Shown here: positions 28,402 through 36,979 of the stretch, piece after piece
Position numbering within the stretch: the stretch's first letter is position 1
Layout of the letters: the number at the start of each line of letters is the position of its first letter
Source: Vulcanimicrobiota bacterium
Lineage (GTDB): Bacteria; Vulcanimicrobiota; Vulcanimicrobiia; Vulcanimicrobiales; Vulcanimicrobiaceae
Assembly: GCA_963786105.1 (NCBI GenBank)
Contig: CAWAXX010000018.1
Location: forward strand, 64,001-128,000
Direction of reading: 5' to 3'
DNA: 64,000 bases
Notes under the pieces: model-generated
The model's input: only the letters and a program-made list of their open reading frames with translations
Told to the model about the DNA's origin: nothing
Databases searched by the model: none
Translations under genes and position numbers: made by a program

Positions 28402-31013
28402 GCCGGTTCTCCTAGTGCCGCCAGGGCTGCTTCAACGCGGGCAAACTCCGAACGATAGCCTTCGAGCTTTTCCCGCTCCTTCGCAACGACGCCGGGCGCC
28501 GCCTTGGCGACGAACGCGGCGTTTTCGAGCTTGCGCTCCAAACGTTCCACTTCGTTGCGAAGCCGTTGCACGTCTTTTCGATATCGCCCGAATAACACGT
28601 CGTGCGGGGCACGCGCGCCGATCGCGGCGAGTGCGTCTTCGAGGGTCGCGCCCGACGGCGCCATGCGCTCGACCGAGCCGGCGACGAAGTGCGCGAGCGT
28701 CGAGGCTACCGATTCGGGCACGTCGGCGGGGACGTCGAGCGTTAGCGGTTCCTTCGGTTGAAGGCCCATCTCGGCACGAAGATTTCGCAGCCGCTCAGCG
28801 CAACGCTGCAGCGCTTCGAACTCGGTGCCGGCCGCGCGGTCGAGCGGAATCTCGAGCGGATCGGGCCACGTCGCCGTCGTGATACTGTGTCCGTCGTGCG
28901 GCAGCGCGAGCCAGACCTCTTCGCTGATGAACGGGGCGATGGGATGCAGCAACCGCATCGCGTTGTTCCACACGAACGAAAGAATCGCGGTACGGGTGCG
29001 GTGGTTGTGCGGCACTTTGGTCGCTTCGACGTACCAGTCGCAAAACTCGTACCAAATGAAGCGCCATACCGTTTCGGCGGCATTACCGAGATCGAAGGCG
29101 TCGAACTGCTTTTCGAGCTGCACGATCGTGTCGTGCAGGCGGACGAGAATCCAACGATCGGCCAGCGTCATAGCGCTCGCGGACGGCAGCGTCAACGCGC
29201 TTGGCAGCCCTTCGGGGAGCGCCAGCATGTAGCGGGTGGCGTTCCACACTTTGTTGTTGAAGTTGCGCGCTTCCTCACAGCGCGATTCCTGGAAGCGAAT
29301 TTCTTGACCCTCGACGCGCATCTGGCGCACGATACCCATCCGGAAGGCATCCGCGCCGTATTTTTCCACAAGCTCCATCGGATCGATGGCGTTGCCGAGC
29401 GACTTCGACATCTTGCGGCCCTGCGCGTCGAACACCAGGGGCGTGATGAAGACCTTGGGAAACGGCAGCTTCCCCACCAAGTGCAGGCCGAGCATCACCA
29501 TACGGGCCACCCACAGGAAGATGATCTCCCAGCCGGTGATCATCACTTGCGAAGGATACCAACAGTCGAGCTCCGGCGTTTTCTCGGGCCAGCCGAGAAT
29601 CGACAGCGGCCAAAGCCCGCTTGAAAACCAGGTGTCGAGCGTGTCGGGATCTTGCGTGAGTTCGCGCGTACCATGTTCGCGCTGCGCAATCTCCAGAGCT
29701 TCGGCTTCCGTCTCCGCAACCACCGCCGTTCCGTCGGGCACGTACCATACCGGTAGACGGTGCCCCCACCACAGCTGACGAGATACGTTCCAATCGCGAA
29801 TGTTCTCCAGCCACTGCTCGTACGTCCGCCCATAACGTTCCGGAACGAACGTCAAACGGCCGTCGCGATACGCTTGGAGTGCGGGCTGTGCGAGCGGCGC
29901 CATCGTTACGAACCACTGCAACGACAACAACGGCTCGATCACGTCGCCGGTGCGCTCACTCACCGCGATCGCGTGTCGGTGCGCTTCTTCCTTCACGAGC
30001 AGTTGCGCGTTACGTAAATCGTCGACGATCCGCCGTCGCGCTTCGAACCGGTCGAGGCCTTCGTAGGGACCGACGGCGATTTCGGCGCCGGTGATCTTCG
30101 CATCCAGGTCGATCGCCGACGGCGCGGGCAGGGCGTGACGACGGCCGATCTCGTAGTCGGCGGCGTCGTGCGCCGGCGTCACCTTCACGGCTCCCGTGCC
30201 GAAGGTGCGATCGACCGACTCGTCGGCAACGATCGGAATCGCGCGTTCGAGCAGCGGCGGAACGAGAACGCGCCGCCCGACAAGGCCGGCGTATCGTTCG
30301 TCCTGCGGATGAACGGCGATCGCAACGTCCGCAAGGATCGTTTCGGGGCGCGTGGTCGCGATCGCGATTGCGCCGATATTTTGTGGTTGCGCATCGACGA
30401 AAGGATAGGTGACGTACCACAGCGTGGCATCGCGCTCGACGTGCTCGACCTCGGCGTCCGAAACGGTGGTTCTTCCTTTGGGATCCCAGTTGATTAAGCG
30501 TTTTCCGCGATAGATCAGACCCTCGCGATAGAGCTGCACGAACACTTTGCGTACGGCGTGTGAAGGGGCGTCGTCCATGGTAAACCGCGCGCGCTGCCAA
30601 TCCGGGCCGAAGCCGAGAAGGCGAAACTGCGCGTAGATCTCACCGCCGTACTTGCGCGACCATTCCCAGGCCCGCGCGACGAACTTTTCGCGACCCAGAT
30701 CCTCGCGGGTCAAGCCTTCGCGCGCGATCTCTTTGACCAAGACGGCTTCAGTGGCGATCGCCGCATGATCCAGGCCGGGCAGCCAGTCGGCGTTATCGCC
30801 GAGCATTCGGTGATACCGGGTGAGCACGTCCATGGGAGCGTACGTGGAACCGTGCCCCAGGTGCGCCCGGCCGGTCACATTCGGCGGCGGCATGCAAACA
30901 ATGAACGGCGGCCGCGCCGGGTCCGGGTCCTCGTGAAAAAAGCCGCCGTGCTCCCAGAAAGCATAAAGCCGCGGCTCGACCGCTTTGGGATCGTAATGCT
31001 TGGGGAGGTGCAT
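28398..31013 (-). CDS. valS: Valine--tRNA ligase
   Basis: PPPNVTG.AHLGH, GTGAVKVTPAHD, SRQLWWGH, LDTWFSS, KMSKS. Confidence 0.98.
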   Translation of the reverse strand: MHLPKHYDPKAVEPRLYAFWEHGGFFHEDPDPARPPFIVCMPPPNVTGRAHLGHGSTYAPMDVLTRYHRMLGDNADWLPGLDHAAIATEAVLVKEIAREGLTREDLGREKFVARAWEWSRKYGGEIYAQFRLLGFGPDWQRARFTMDDAPSHAVRKVFVQLYREGLIYRGKRLINWDPKGRTTVSDAEVEHVERDATLWYVTYPFVDAQPQNIGAIAIATTRPETILADVAIAVHPQDERYAGLVGRRVLVPPLLERAIPIVADESVDRTFGTGAVKVTPAHDAADYEIGRRHALPAPSAIDLDAKITGAEIAVGPYEGLDRFEARRRIVDDLRNAQLLVKEEAHRHAIAVSERTGDVIEPLLSLQWFVTMAPLAQPALQAYRDGRLTFVPERYGRTYEQWLENIRDWNVSRQLWWGHRLPVWYVPDGTAVVAETEAEALEIAQREHGTRELTQDPDTLDTWFSSGLWPLSILGWPEKTPELDCWYPSQVMITGWEIIFLWVARMVMLGLHLVGKLPFPKVFITPLVFDAQGRKMSKSLGNAIDPMELVEKYGADAFRMGIVRQMRVEGQEIRFQESRCEEARNFNNKVWNATRYMLALPEGLPSALTLPSASAMTLADRWILVRLHDTIVQLEKQFDAFDLGNAAETVWRFIWYEFCDWYVEATKVPHNHRTRTAILSFVWNNAMRLLHPIAPFISEEVWLALPHDGHSITTATWPDPLEIPLDRAAGTEFEALQRCAERLRNLRAEMGLQPKEPLTLDVPADVPESVASTLAHFVAGSVERMAPSGATLEDALAAIGARAPHDVLFGRYRKDVQRLRNEVERLERKLENAAFVAKAAPGVVAKEREKLEGYRSEFARVEAALAALGEPA

Positions 31014-31047
31014 GGGTCCGCCCCTCGTTCCGCACAGCGCCCTCCGG

Positions 31048-31087
31048 GTCATCCTGAGCGTCGGCCCTACGCGCCGCAGTCGAAGGA
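31048..31087 (+). repeat. REP-like element
   Basis: gtcatcctgagcgt-cggc-cctacgc-gccg-cagtcgaagga. Confidence 0.85.
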
Positions 31088-31096
31088 ACGCTCGTC

Positions 31097-31139
31097 TTTA
31101 ACCAGCCGTAATCGGGGCTTAACAGTTGCTTGCTAGCAT
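31097..31139 (+). promoter_or_regulatory. Putative promoter: (T/G)TAA direct repeats plus extended -10
   Basis: TTAACC(31098), GTAATC(31108), TTAACA(31119), then TG-c-TAGCAT ending 9 nt before the ATG at 31149. Confidence 0.5.
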
Positions 31140-31148
31140 CGGCGTCAA

Positions 31149-32447
31149 ATGGCAAGCGAGGACGAGGATACGATCGATGCTTTGCTGGGAGATTCCCAGC
31201 TGGCCGCGGCGGGCGTTGCGGTCGCCGCGTCGCCCCGCCGTCTCGCGGCGGGCGTCTATGCCTTGACTGGCGCAGACGCGGCTCTCGCTGCGGTCGTCGA
31301 ACCCGAACTGCTGGCCTGCCGCGACGACGCCGGCGTCGATCGATATCTGACCGACTTGCCCGGCGCCCCCCGCTGGTACGACTACCTGCCAGCGGCGCAG
31401 GTTCTGTCGTGGCTGGGCGACGAGATCGCGACCGTTCGTTGTCTGCGCGCGGCATTCGACGCCGCCCGCTCCGAAGGACGCCAGTACGCGGCGGTGGGCG
31501 CGCGCGACCGCCTCGCTCACCATGCCTTGCTCTTCGGAGACGTTGCCGTCGCGAGCAACGCGATCGACGAAGCGGTGTCGCTTGCGAGATCGCAGCGCAT
31601 GGCGAACTGGCTGTTGCGTTGTTGCGCGTCGGCGGCGAAGCTGGCGCTCGACACCGGCGACGTCGAACGTGCGACGCGGCTGGTCGACGATGCGCGCGCC
31701 TCTCTGGCGCCGCCCGAGTTGCTCGCGCTGTTTGCACCGACCGGCGCGCAACTCGCATCGATGGCGGAAGACGCAGCCGCGCTGCGCGCCTGGGCTTCGT
31801 CCGAGATGCTCGAGCTTGCGCTGCACGCCGTCGAGGGGCAATCGGCAACCTCGGCAACGATCGCGTGTTTGCTGAGCGCCGGCGGACCGCCGCCGTCCGG
31901 TTCGGCTCCCAGCGTGGCGTTACGGCGAGCGCTGTTGCTGGGCGACATCAGCAACGCCGTGGAACTAGCGTCGATCGCCGCCCGCTACGGCGACGCCGAC
32001 GAAGCCAGGCTTGGCGTCGATGCCATCCGAGCGGTGTTCGCGCCGCATCGCCCGTACTTACACGCACATTTCCTGTTGGCGCGCGCACACTGGTGTTTCC
32101 GTTTTGGCGAACGTGCCGATGCGATCGACAGCGCCGGCGACGCCGCGCGAGCCTTCGACGCAATGGGTTTGCGGCGCTGGACCGACGACGCCATGTTGTT
32201 GCTGGTCCATCAGGAGGGCGCCGGCGAATCGCACCGGCGCCGGCGCCCGTCGGCGCTTTCGCTGACGGGACGCGAACAACAAGTCGCGCATCTGATCCGG
32301 CGCGGAGCGTCCAACCGCGAAGTCGCCCGCACGCTGCAAATCAGCGAGCATACGGTCGAGCGGCACGTGAGCTCGATCCTCTCCCGGCTCGGATTGCGAT
32401 CGCGCTGGCAGATCGTCGACGCGCGAAATGCCGGTAACGAACATTAA
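31149..32447 (+). CDS. LuxR-type HTH transcriptional regulator with helical (TPR-like) N-terminal region
   Basis: C-terminal LTGREQQVAHLIRRGASNREVARTLQISEHTVERHVSSILSRLG. Confidence 0.9.
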   Translation: MASEDEDTIDALLGDSQLAAAGVAVAASPRRLAAGVYALTGADAALAAVVEPELLACRDDAGVDRYLTDLPGAPRWYDYLPAAQVLSWLGDEIATVRCLRAAFDAARSEGRQYAAVGARDRLAHHALLFGDVAVASNAIDEAVSLARSQRMANWLLRCCASAAKLALDTGDVERATRLVDDARASLAPPELLALFAPTGAQLASMAEDAAALRAWASSEMLELALHAVEGQSATSATIACLLSAGGPPPSGSAPSVALRRALLLGDISNAVELASIAARYGDADEARLGVDAIRAVFAPHRPYLHAHFLLARAHWCFRFGERADAIDSAGDAARAFDAMGLRRWTDDAMLLLVHQEGAGESHRRRRPSALSLTGREQQVAHLIRRGASNREVARTLQISEHTVERHVSSILSRLGLRSRWQIVDARNAGNEH

Positions 32448-32603
32448 GAATCGGTAGAATTGATTAAGGCAACGTAATTGCACCCGCTAGTGCATTAACG
32501 ATGTCTGCCGAGCCCCGGGATGCGGGGGCACCCGGCATCCCCTAGCATCGAGGTAAGAAGCGTCGGTTCATCTACCGCCTCTTGCGTTGCTGTGGAGTTG
32601 TCG

Positions 32604-35600
32604 TTGATCAGAGCCCTGCTTCGGGTGAAGAAACTCGTAGTGTTCCTCGGCTTCGTCGTCATGGCATTCCCCCACTCGGTAATGGCTGAAACGGCCGGGA
32701 TCATTTCGGGCACGGTAACCGACGATCGCACGCACGCCCCGGTGGCCGGGGTGGCGGTGGTGGCCAAATCGCCGAGCGCAACGTACCGCACGGTGACCGA
32801 TTCGCGAGGTCAGTTTCGCTTTTTGAGCGTGCTGCCCGACAACTACTCGCTGTCGTTTTCTCACGCCGGGTACGCACCCTACTCGACCCTCGTCGTCGTC
32901 CTCAACGGCTCGCAGCAGACGGTCAACGCGGCGATATCGACGTCGTTGCGAACGATCGCCGTCACCCACGCTCGCTCCGCCGGTAGCGCGTTCCAGCACG
33001 GGATGACGATCGACACCTACACGGTAACGGGCCAGCAGATCACGATGGTGCAAGGCAAAGAGTTCAACACCGATCAGAACCAGCTGCTGCGTAGCATTCC
33101 AAGCGTCACCATCGACAAATCCGGAACGGTCTCGATTCGCGGCGGGTTTGCCTTCGAAGCCGCCTATGAGTTCGAGGGCATCGACTACACGACGCCGTCG
33201 GCCAACTTGCAGAACACGCTGCAGAACGTCGGCAACTTCAATCTTCTCAATGGCGTCGGTGCCGTGCAGCTGATTCCCGGCGGCGGCGACGCCACTCACG
33301 GAAATACCGGCACCGGGCTGGTGCTGTTCACCGCCAAGCACGGCACGTTTCCGACCTACGTGCACGCCGACCTCGAAGCCCAGATGTTTCCGTATTTGCA
33401 TCAACTGGGGTTGGAGTGGGGCTGGGCCGATCCCAAACAGCATCTGTCGAACTACGCCGGCTTTATCGGCGTGCGCAAAAACTATCAGTACGGCATCCCG
33501 GGTACGGCAGCCAACACGCTCGGGACGCTCGGTACGAACGCGGCCACCCTCGGCAGCGTGATCGACCCGAACTTGGTCTACTACGCGCCCTCGTATCTGT
33601 CGTCCAACGACTTCGTCGATAATCTGATCTATCGCTTCGGAAAGAACCAGAGCCAGCGGCTGCAGTTATTCATTCAAGACCAGCAGATCACGCAGAAACT
33701 CGACTACGGCGGCTTCCAGTTTCTGCCCTACATTTCCGGCGGAAACACCTCCGGCAAATGCGCGAGATATCCGGTAATCGGTCAGAACGGAATACCGGTC
33801 AACAGCTCGCAGCAGAACTTTGCCTGTAACTCGTTGATTCCGCTGTTTCCCGGCCAGCCCAATACCTACTCGTTCGTCTCGCAGCCCGACGAGCTGCAGA
33901 GTCCGTTCCTAGCCTATAAGTTCGAGTACGGCGCGAACATCGGCTCGTCGTCGCTGCTGACGGCCCGCTTTTACCGTACGTTCATCGAGCAGTCGCAGAA
34001 CATGCCGGCGCAAGGCATTTTCGCCTCTCCGTATGGCGGCTTCCGGACGGCCGGTCAGATCGATACCGTTACGCAAATCGGCAGCAAGAATACGTTTAAG
34101 GCCGGCGCGATCTACACGTACGCGCGGCCCTTCGGCGATCGCTTTGACTTTACGTCGTATACCGCGTTTACCGCTCCCGCGTTCATCGTGCAGTATGCCA
34201 TCACGCATCCCAATCAGCCGCTCCCGCTCCCGTATACCTACACGGGACTTCTGCCCAACACCAACCCCAGCACGCAGCAAGGGCTGGAAGAGGATTTCTT
34301 TTCGCAATCCCAATGCCAGCAATTGCGTCTGTCTTCGGGTTGCGGATATTTGAGTTCGTACTTTCCAAAAGGCGTCCGGTTTCCTTACGAACACGACGTT
34401 CCAACCGTCGGCCAGCAGACCTATGGCTTGTACCTGCAAGACACGGTCGACATGTCGATTAAGTGGAAGACCGAACTCGGACTGCGCTACGACGGTTATA
34501 ACTTTCAAATCCCAACCGACCCGGGCAGTCCGCCCAGCATCGCGGCGGTCGCCCATCAGCGCCAGCTCGAGCCCCACCTCGATATCTCCTACGCGCCCGA
34601 TCCGCGCGATACGATTCGTTTCGGCTTCGGGCACACGCTGTCGGTGCCGCTTCCGAGCCAGCTTGGTGCCAACGTCAGTCGCGATCCATACCAAGCGTTT
34701 CTCGGAATCCCGTCGTACGACAACACGACCGGACAGGCAGCCCAATACTGTGGTCCGCACGCTAACCAAACGTGCACGAACTACGCTAATCAGTTGTATT
34801 GGCTCACCCGCGACTATCGTTTCGGCAGTTCCACGCTGGAAGCACCGCTGGTGGGCGCAACGTTTACCAACGTCGATTTGTCCTGGGCGCACGAGTTCAA
34901 AGACGGGGCCGCCGTCAAGGTGACGCCGTTCTACCGGCGCGGCTACAACGTCATCGAGCAAACCGCGCAGATCATCGGCTTCAACTTCGACACCGGCACG
35001 CCGGTCTACGGCAACATCGCGTACTCGAATCTGGGAATTCAAAAGGCGACCGGCGTCGAGTTACTCTACACGAAAGAGGCACCGCTCGGGCTCTCGATGC
35101 AGATCGGCGCCACGTACATCAGTCAGTTCGGCAACGAGCCGCCCGGTGCGTTCTTGCAGCCGGCAGCGCTGGCGTTGGGCGTGACCTACCGTTCGCCCGA
35201 CTTATCGCCCTTTCAGATGAACGCCGCCTTCAACTATAAGACCGCGCACGGCTGGCGGATCAATCCGGTCATCGGGTTCAACGTCGGCTATCCGTACGGC
35301 GGCGGCTACTACACCGCCGTGTACTGCAACGGGATTCCGGTTATCGTCGCCAGCTCGAGCTTGTCGACGATCTTCTCGCAAACGCCCGGGTACATCGATC
35401 CCCTCAATCCCGGAACCTGCACCAAACCCAACATCGCCGCCACCCGCGGCATTCACGAACCGGGATTGCCCGGCGGACTGCTCACGACGCCGCGCGTCAA
35501 CGCCGATCTCACCGTCGAGTACAGTCCGGTGACCACCCGGCTTGCCAAATCCGTCTTCGGATTACAAGTCAAGAATTTGTTCAATCAGCTCTACAACGTG

Positions 35601-35786
35601 CCGGTCGTGAACGGGTGCTACGGTACGCCGGTTACGACGGGCTTGACCAGCGGCACCGCGCCGTGCACCTACCAAACACCTCAGTACGCGCCGCCCGACG
35701 TGACCGCGCACGGTTCGCAGCCCTACCTTACGTATCCCAACGAGCCGCCCATCTCGTTTCGCCTCTACTATCAGGTGTCGATATGA
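32604..35786 (+). CDS. TonB-dependent-receptor-like outer-membrane beta-barrel with N-terminal carboxypeptidase-regulatory-like domain
   Basis: Signal peptide, GIISGTVTD..TDSRGQFRF, plug-like LLRSIPSV..SIRGG, GLYLQD, ELGLRYD, VKNLFNQ, aromatic-alternating C-terminal strand; start 32604 (TTG after GGAG) or 32625. Confidence 0.85.
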   Translation: MIRALLRVKKLVVFLGFVVMAFPHSVMAETAGIISGTVTDDRTHAPVAGVAVVAKSPSATYRTVTDSRGQFRFLSVLPDNYSLSFSHAGYAPYSTLVVVLNGSQQTVNAAISTSLRTIAVTHARSAGSAFQHGMTIDTYTVTGQQITMVQGKEFNTDQNQLLRSIPSVTIDKSGTVSIRGGFAFEAAYEFEGIDYTTPSANLQNTLQNVGNFNLLNGVGAVQLIPGGGDATHGNTGTGLVLFTAKHGTFPTYVHADLEAQMFPYLHQLGLEWGWADPKQHLSNYAGFIGVRKNYQYGIPGTAANTLGTLGTNAATLGSVIDPNLVYYAPSYLSSNDFVDNLIYRFGKNQSQRLQLFIQDQQITQKLDYGGFQFLPYISGGNTSGKCARYPVIGQNGIPVNSSQQNFACNSLIPLFPGQPNTYSFVSQPDELQSPFLAYKFEYGANIGSSSLLTARFYRTFIEQSQNMPAQGIFASPYGGFRTAGQIDTVTQIGSKNTFKAGAIYTYARPFGDRFDFTSYTAFTAPAFIVQYAITHPNQPLPLPYTYTGLLPNTNPSTQQGLEEDFFSQSQCQQLRLSSGCGYLSSYFPKGVRFPYEHDVPTVGQQTYGLYLQDTVDMSIKWKTELGLRYDGYNFQIPTDPGSPPSIAAVAHQRQLEPHLDISYAPDPRDTIRFGFGHTLSVPLPSQLGANVSRDPYQAFLGIPSYDNTTGQAAQYCGPHANQTCTNYANQLYWLTRDYRFGSSTLEAPLVGATFTNVDLSWAHEFKDGAAVKVTPFYRRGYNVIEQTAQIIGFNFDTGTPVYGNIAYSNLGIQKATGVELLYTKEAPLGLSMQIGATYISQFGNEPPGAFLQPAALALGVTYRSPDLSPFQMNAAFNYKTAHGWRINPVIGFNVGYPYGGGYYTAVYCNGIPVIVASSSLSTIFSQTPGYIDPLNPGTCTKPNIAATRGIHEPGLPGGLLTTPRVNADLTVEYSPVTTRLAKSVFGLQVKNLFNQLYNVPVVNGCYGTPVTTGLTSGTAPCTYQTPQYAPPDVTAHGSQPYLTYPNEPPISFRLYYQVSI

Positions 35787-36979
35787 CGATTACACGACTT
35801 TTTCTCGCCGGCATCGTTGCAGGCATCGCCGTACCGCTAGTGGCCGGGTGCGGCAACGGGGGTGCCTCGGAGCCGCCGGTGACGTCGCTCGATCCGGCAG
35901 CCAACAGTAAGCTGCAGTTCGCGGTCGGTATGGCCACCATCGCCTCAAACGGCGGCAACAGCGTCGCTTATGGACTCAACACCGTTCTGACGCTGCGCCA
36001 ATCCGACGGATTGTCGGGCGTGCTGTACAGCATTCCGCAAATCCTCGGACCGTCAAGTTTCGACGTGCTCGTCTCGACCCAAACCGGCAACGACGTTCAG
36101 TCGGCCGGCGCCGACCTCGGCACCAACCACATCACCTGGGGAACGCTCAATCAACTGCAATGGACCGGGCAGCCGCGCGGAATTAAGGCCGCGACCACCG
36201 GTGCTTTCGGCTACGGCTTCTGCCCGTGCAACTCCGACGCCGGGCCGGTCAACGGGACGGCTCCCGTGTATCAAGCATTCAACCTTCCCGTCTACGGCAA
36301 CAACGAAGAAACTTTCTACGGAGGGCCGCCGGCGTTTCCGGCCGCCGATCCGGCAGTGCTCGCACTGGGATGGCAAGGCTATTCGCTGGGCTTCACCGAC
36401 TTTGCCGTGCAGCCGGTCATCGGTACGTACCGCTTGTACGCCGCCGTTCCGCCGGCGTACACCACTCCGCAGAATCCCACGCCCAGCCCCGATCCCAACG
36501 GTTCGCCAACGCCGGCACCCGGCGTTCTTGCGGCCTCCGCCCAGCTCACCAAGCTCACACCGTTACCAGTGTTCTCTACGCCGACCTTTACGCCCGATGG
36601 TAAAGGCGGCGGTACGGTAAGCGTGCACGTTCCCAAGGCGGCCACCGAGGCGATGATAATCGTGCGCGCGTTTGGACACAGCGGCACCGGTAACTGCGTC
36701 CTCGCCCATACGAGCGATGCTTTCTACACGCTGATCACCAAACACGCGACCTTCGCGCAGTTGCCGTTGCCAGACAACATCGGTCCGCAAACCAGCTCCG
36801 GACAACCCAGCGCGACGCTCTGTCCGAAGAGCACGTACCAAATCTTTGCCGCCGGCACCGACTACCCGGCCTACGAAGCGGCCTATCCGCAAAACCTTTC
36901 GCAACAGCCGCCAATCCGTGGATCCAACGGACAGGCCGACGTGACGACGTCCGACATCCTCAATGGAGCCTATCCATGA
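35783..36979 (+). CDS. Lipoprotein of unknown function (receptor partner)
   Basis: Lipobox LVAGC; ATGA overlap with the receptor stop. Confidence 0.82.
   Translation: MTITRLFLAGIVAGIAVPLVAGCGNGGASEPPVTSLDPAANSKLQFAVGMATIASNGGNSVAYGLNTVLTLRQSDGLSGVLYSIPQILGPSSFDVLVSTQTGNDVQSAGADLGTNHITWGTLNQLQWTGQPRGIKAATTGAFGYGFCPCNSDAGPVNGTAPVYQAFNLPVYGNNEETFYGGPPAFPAADPAVLALGWQGYSLGFTDFAVQPVIGTYRLYAAVPPAYTTPQNPTPSPDPNGSPTPAPGVLAASAQLTKLTPLPVFSTPTFTPDGKGGGTVSVHVPKAATEAMIIVRAFGHSGTGNCVLAHTSDAFYTLITKHATFAQLPLPDNIGPQTSSGQPSATLCPKSTYQIFAAGTDYPAYEAAYPQNLSQQPPIRGSNGQADVTTSDILNGAYP

Noticed and set aside
31014..31148. T-box leader for valS
   Set aside because: The intergenic region is short, holds a REP copy and a divergent promoter, and shows no T-box (GGTGGNACCGCG) sequence
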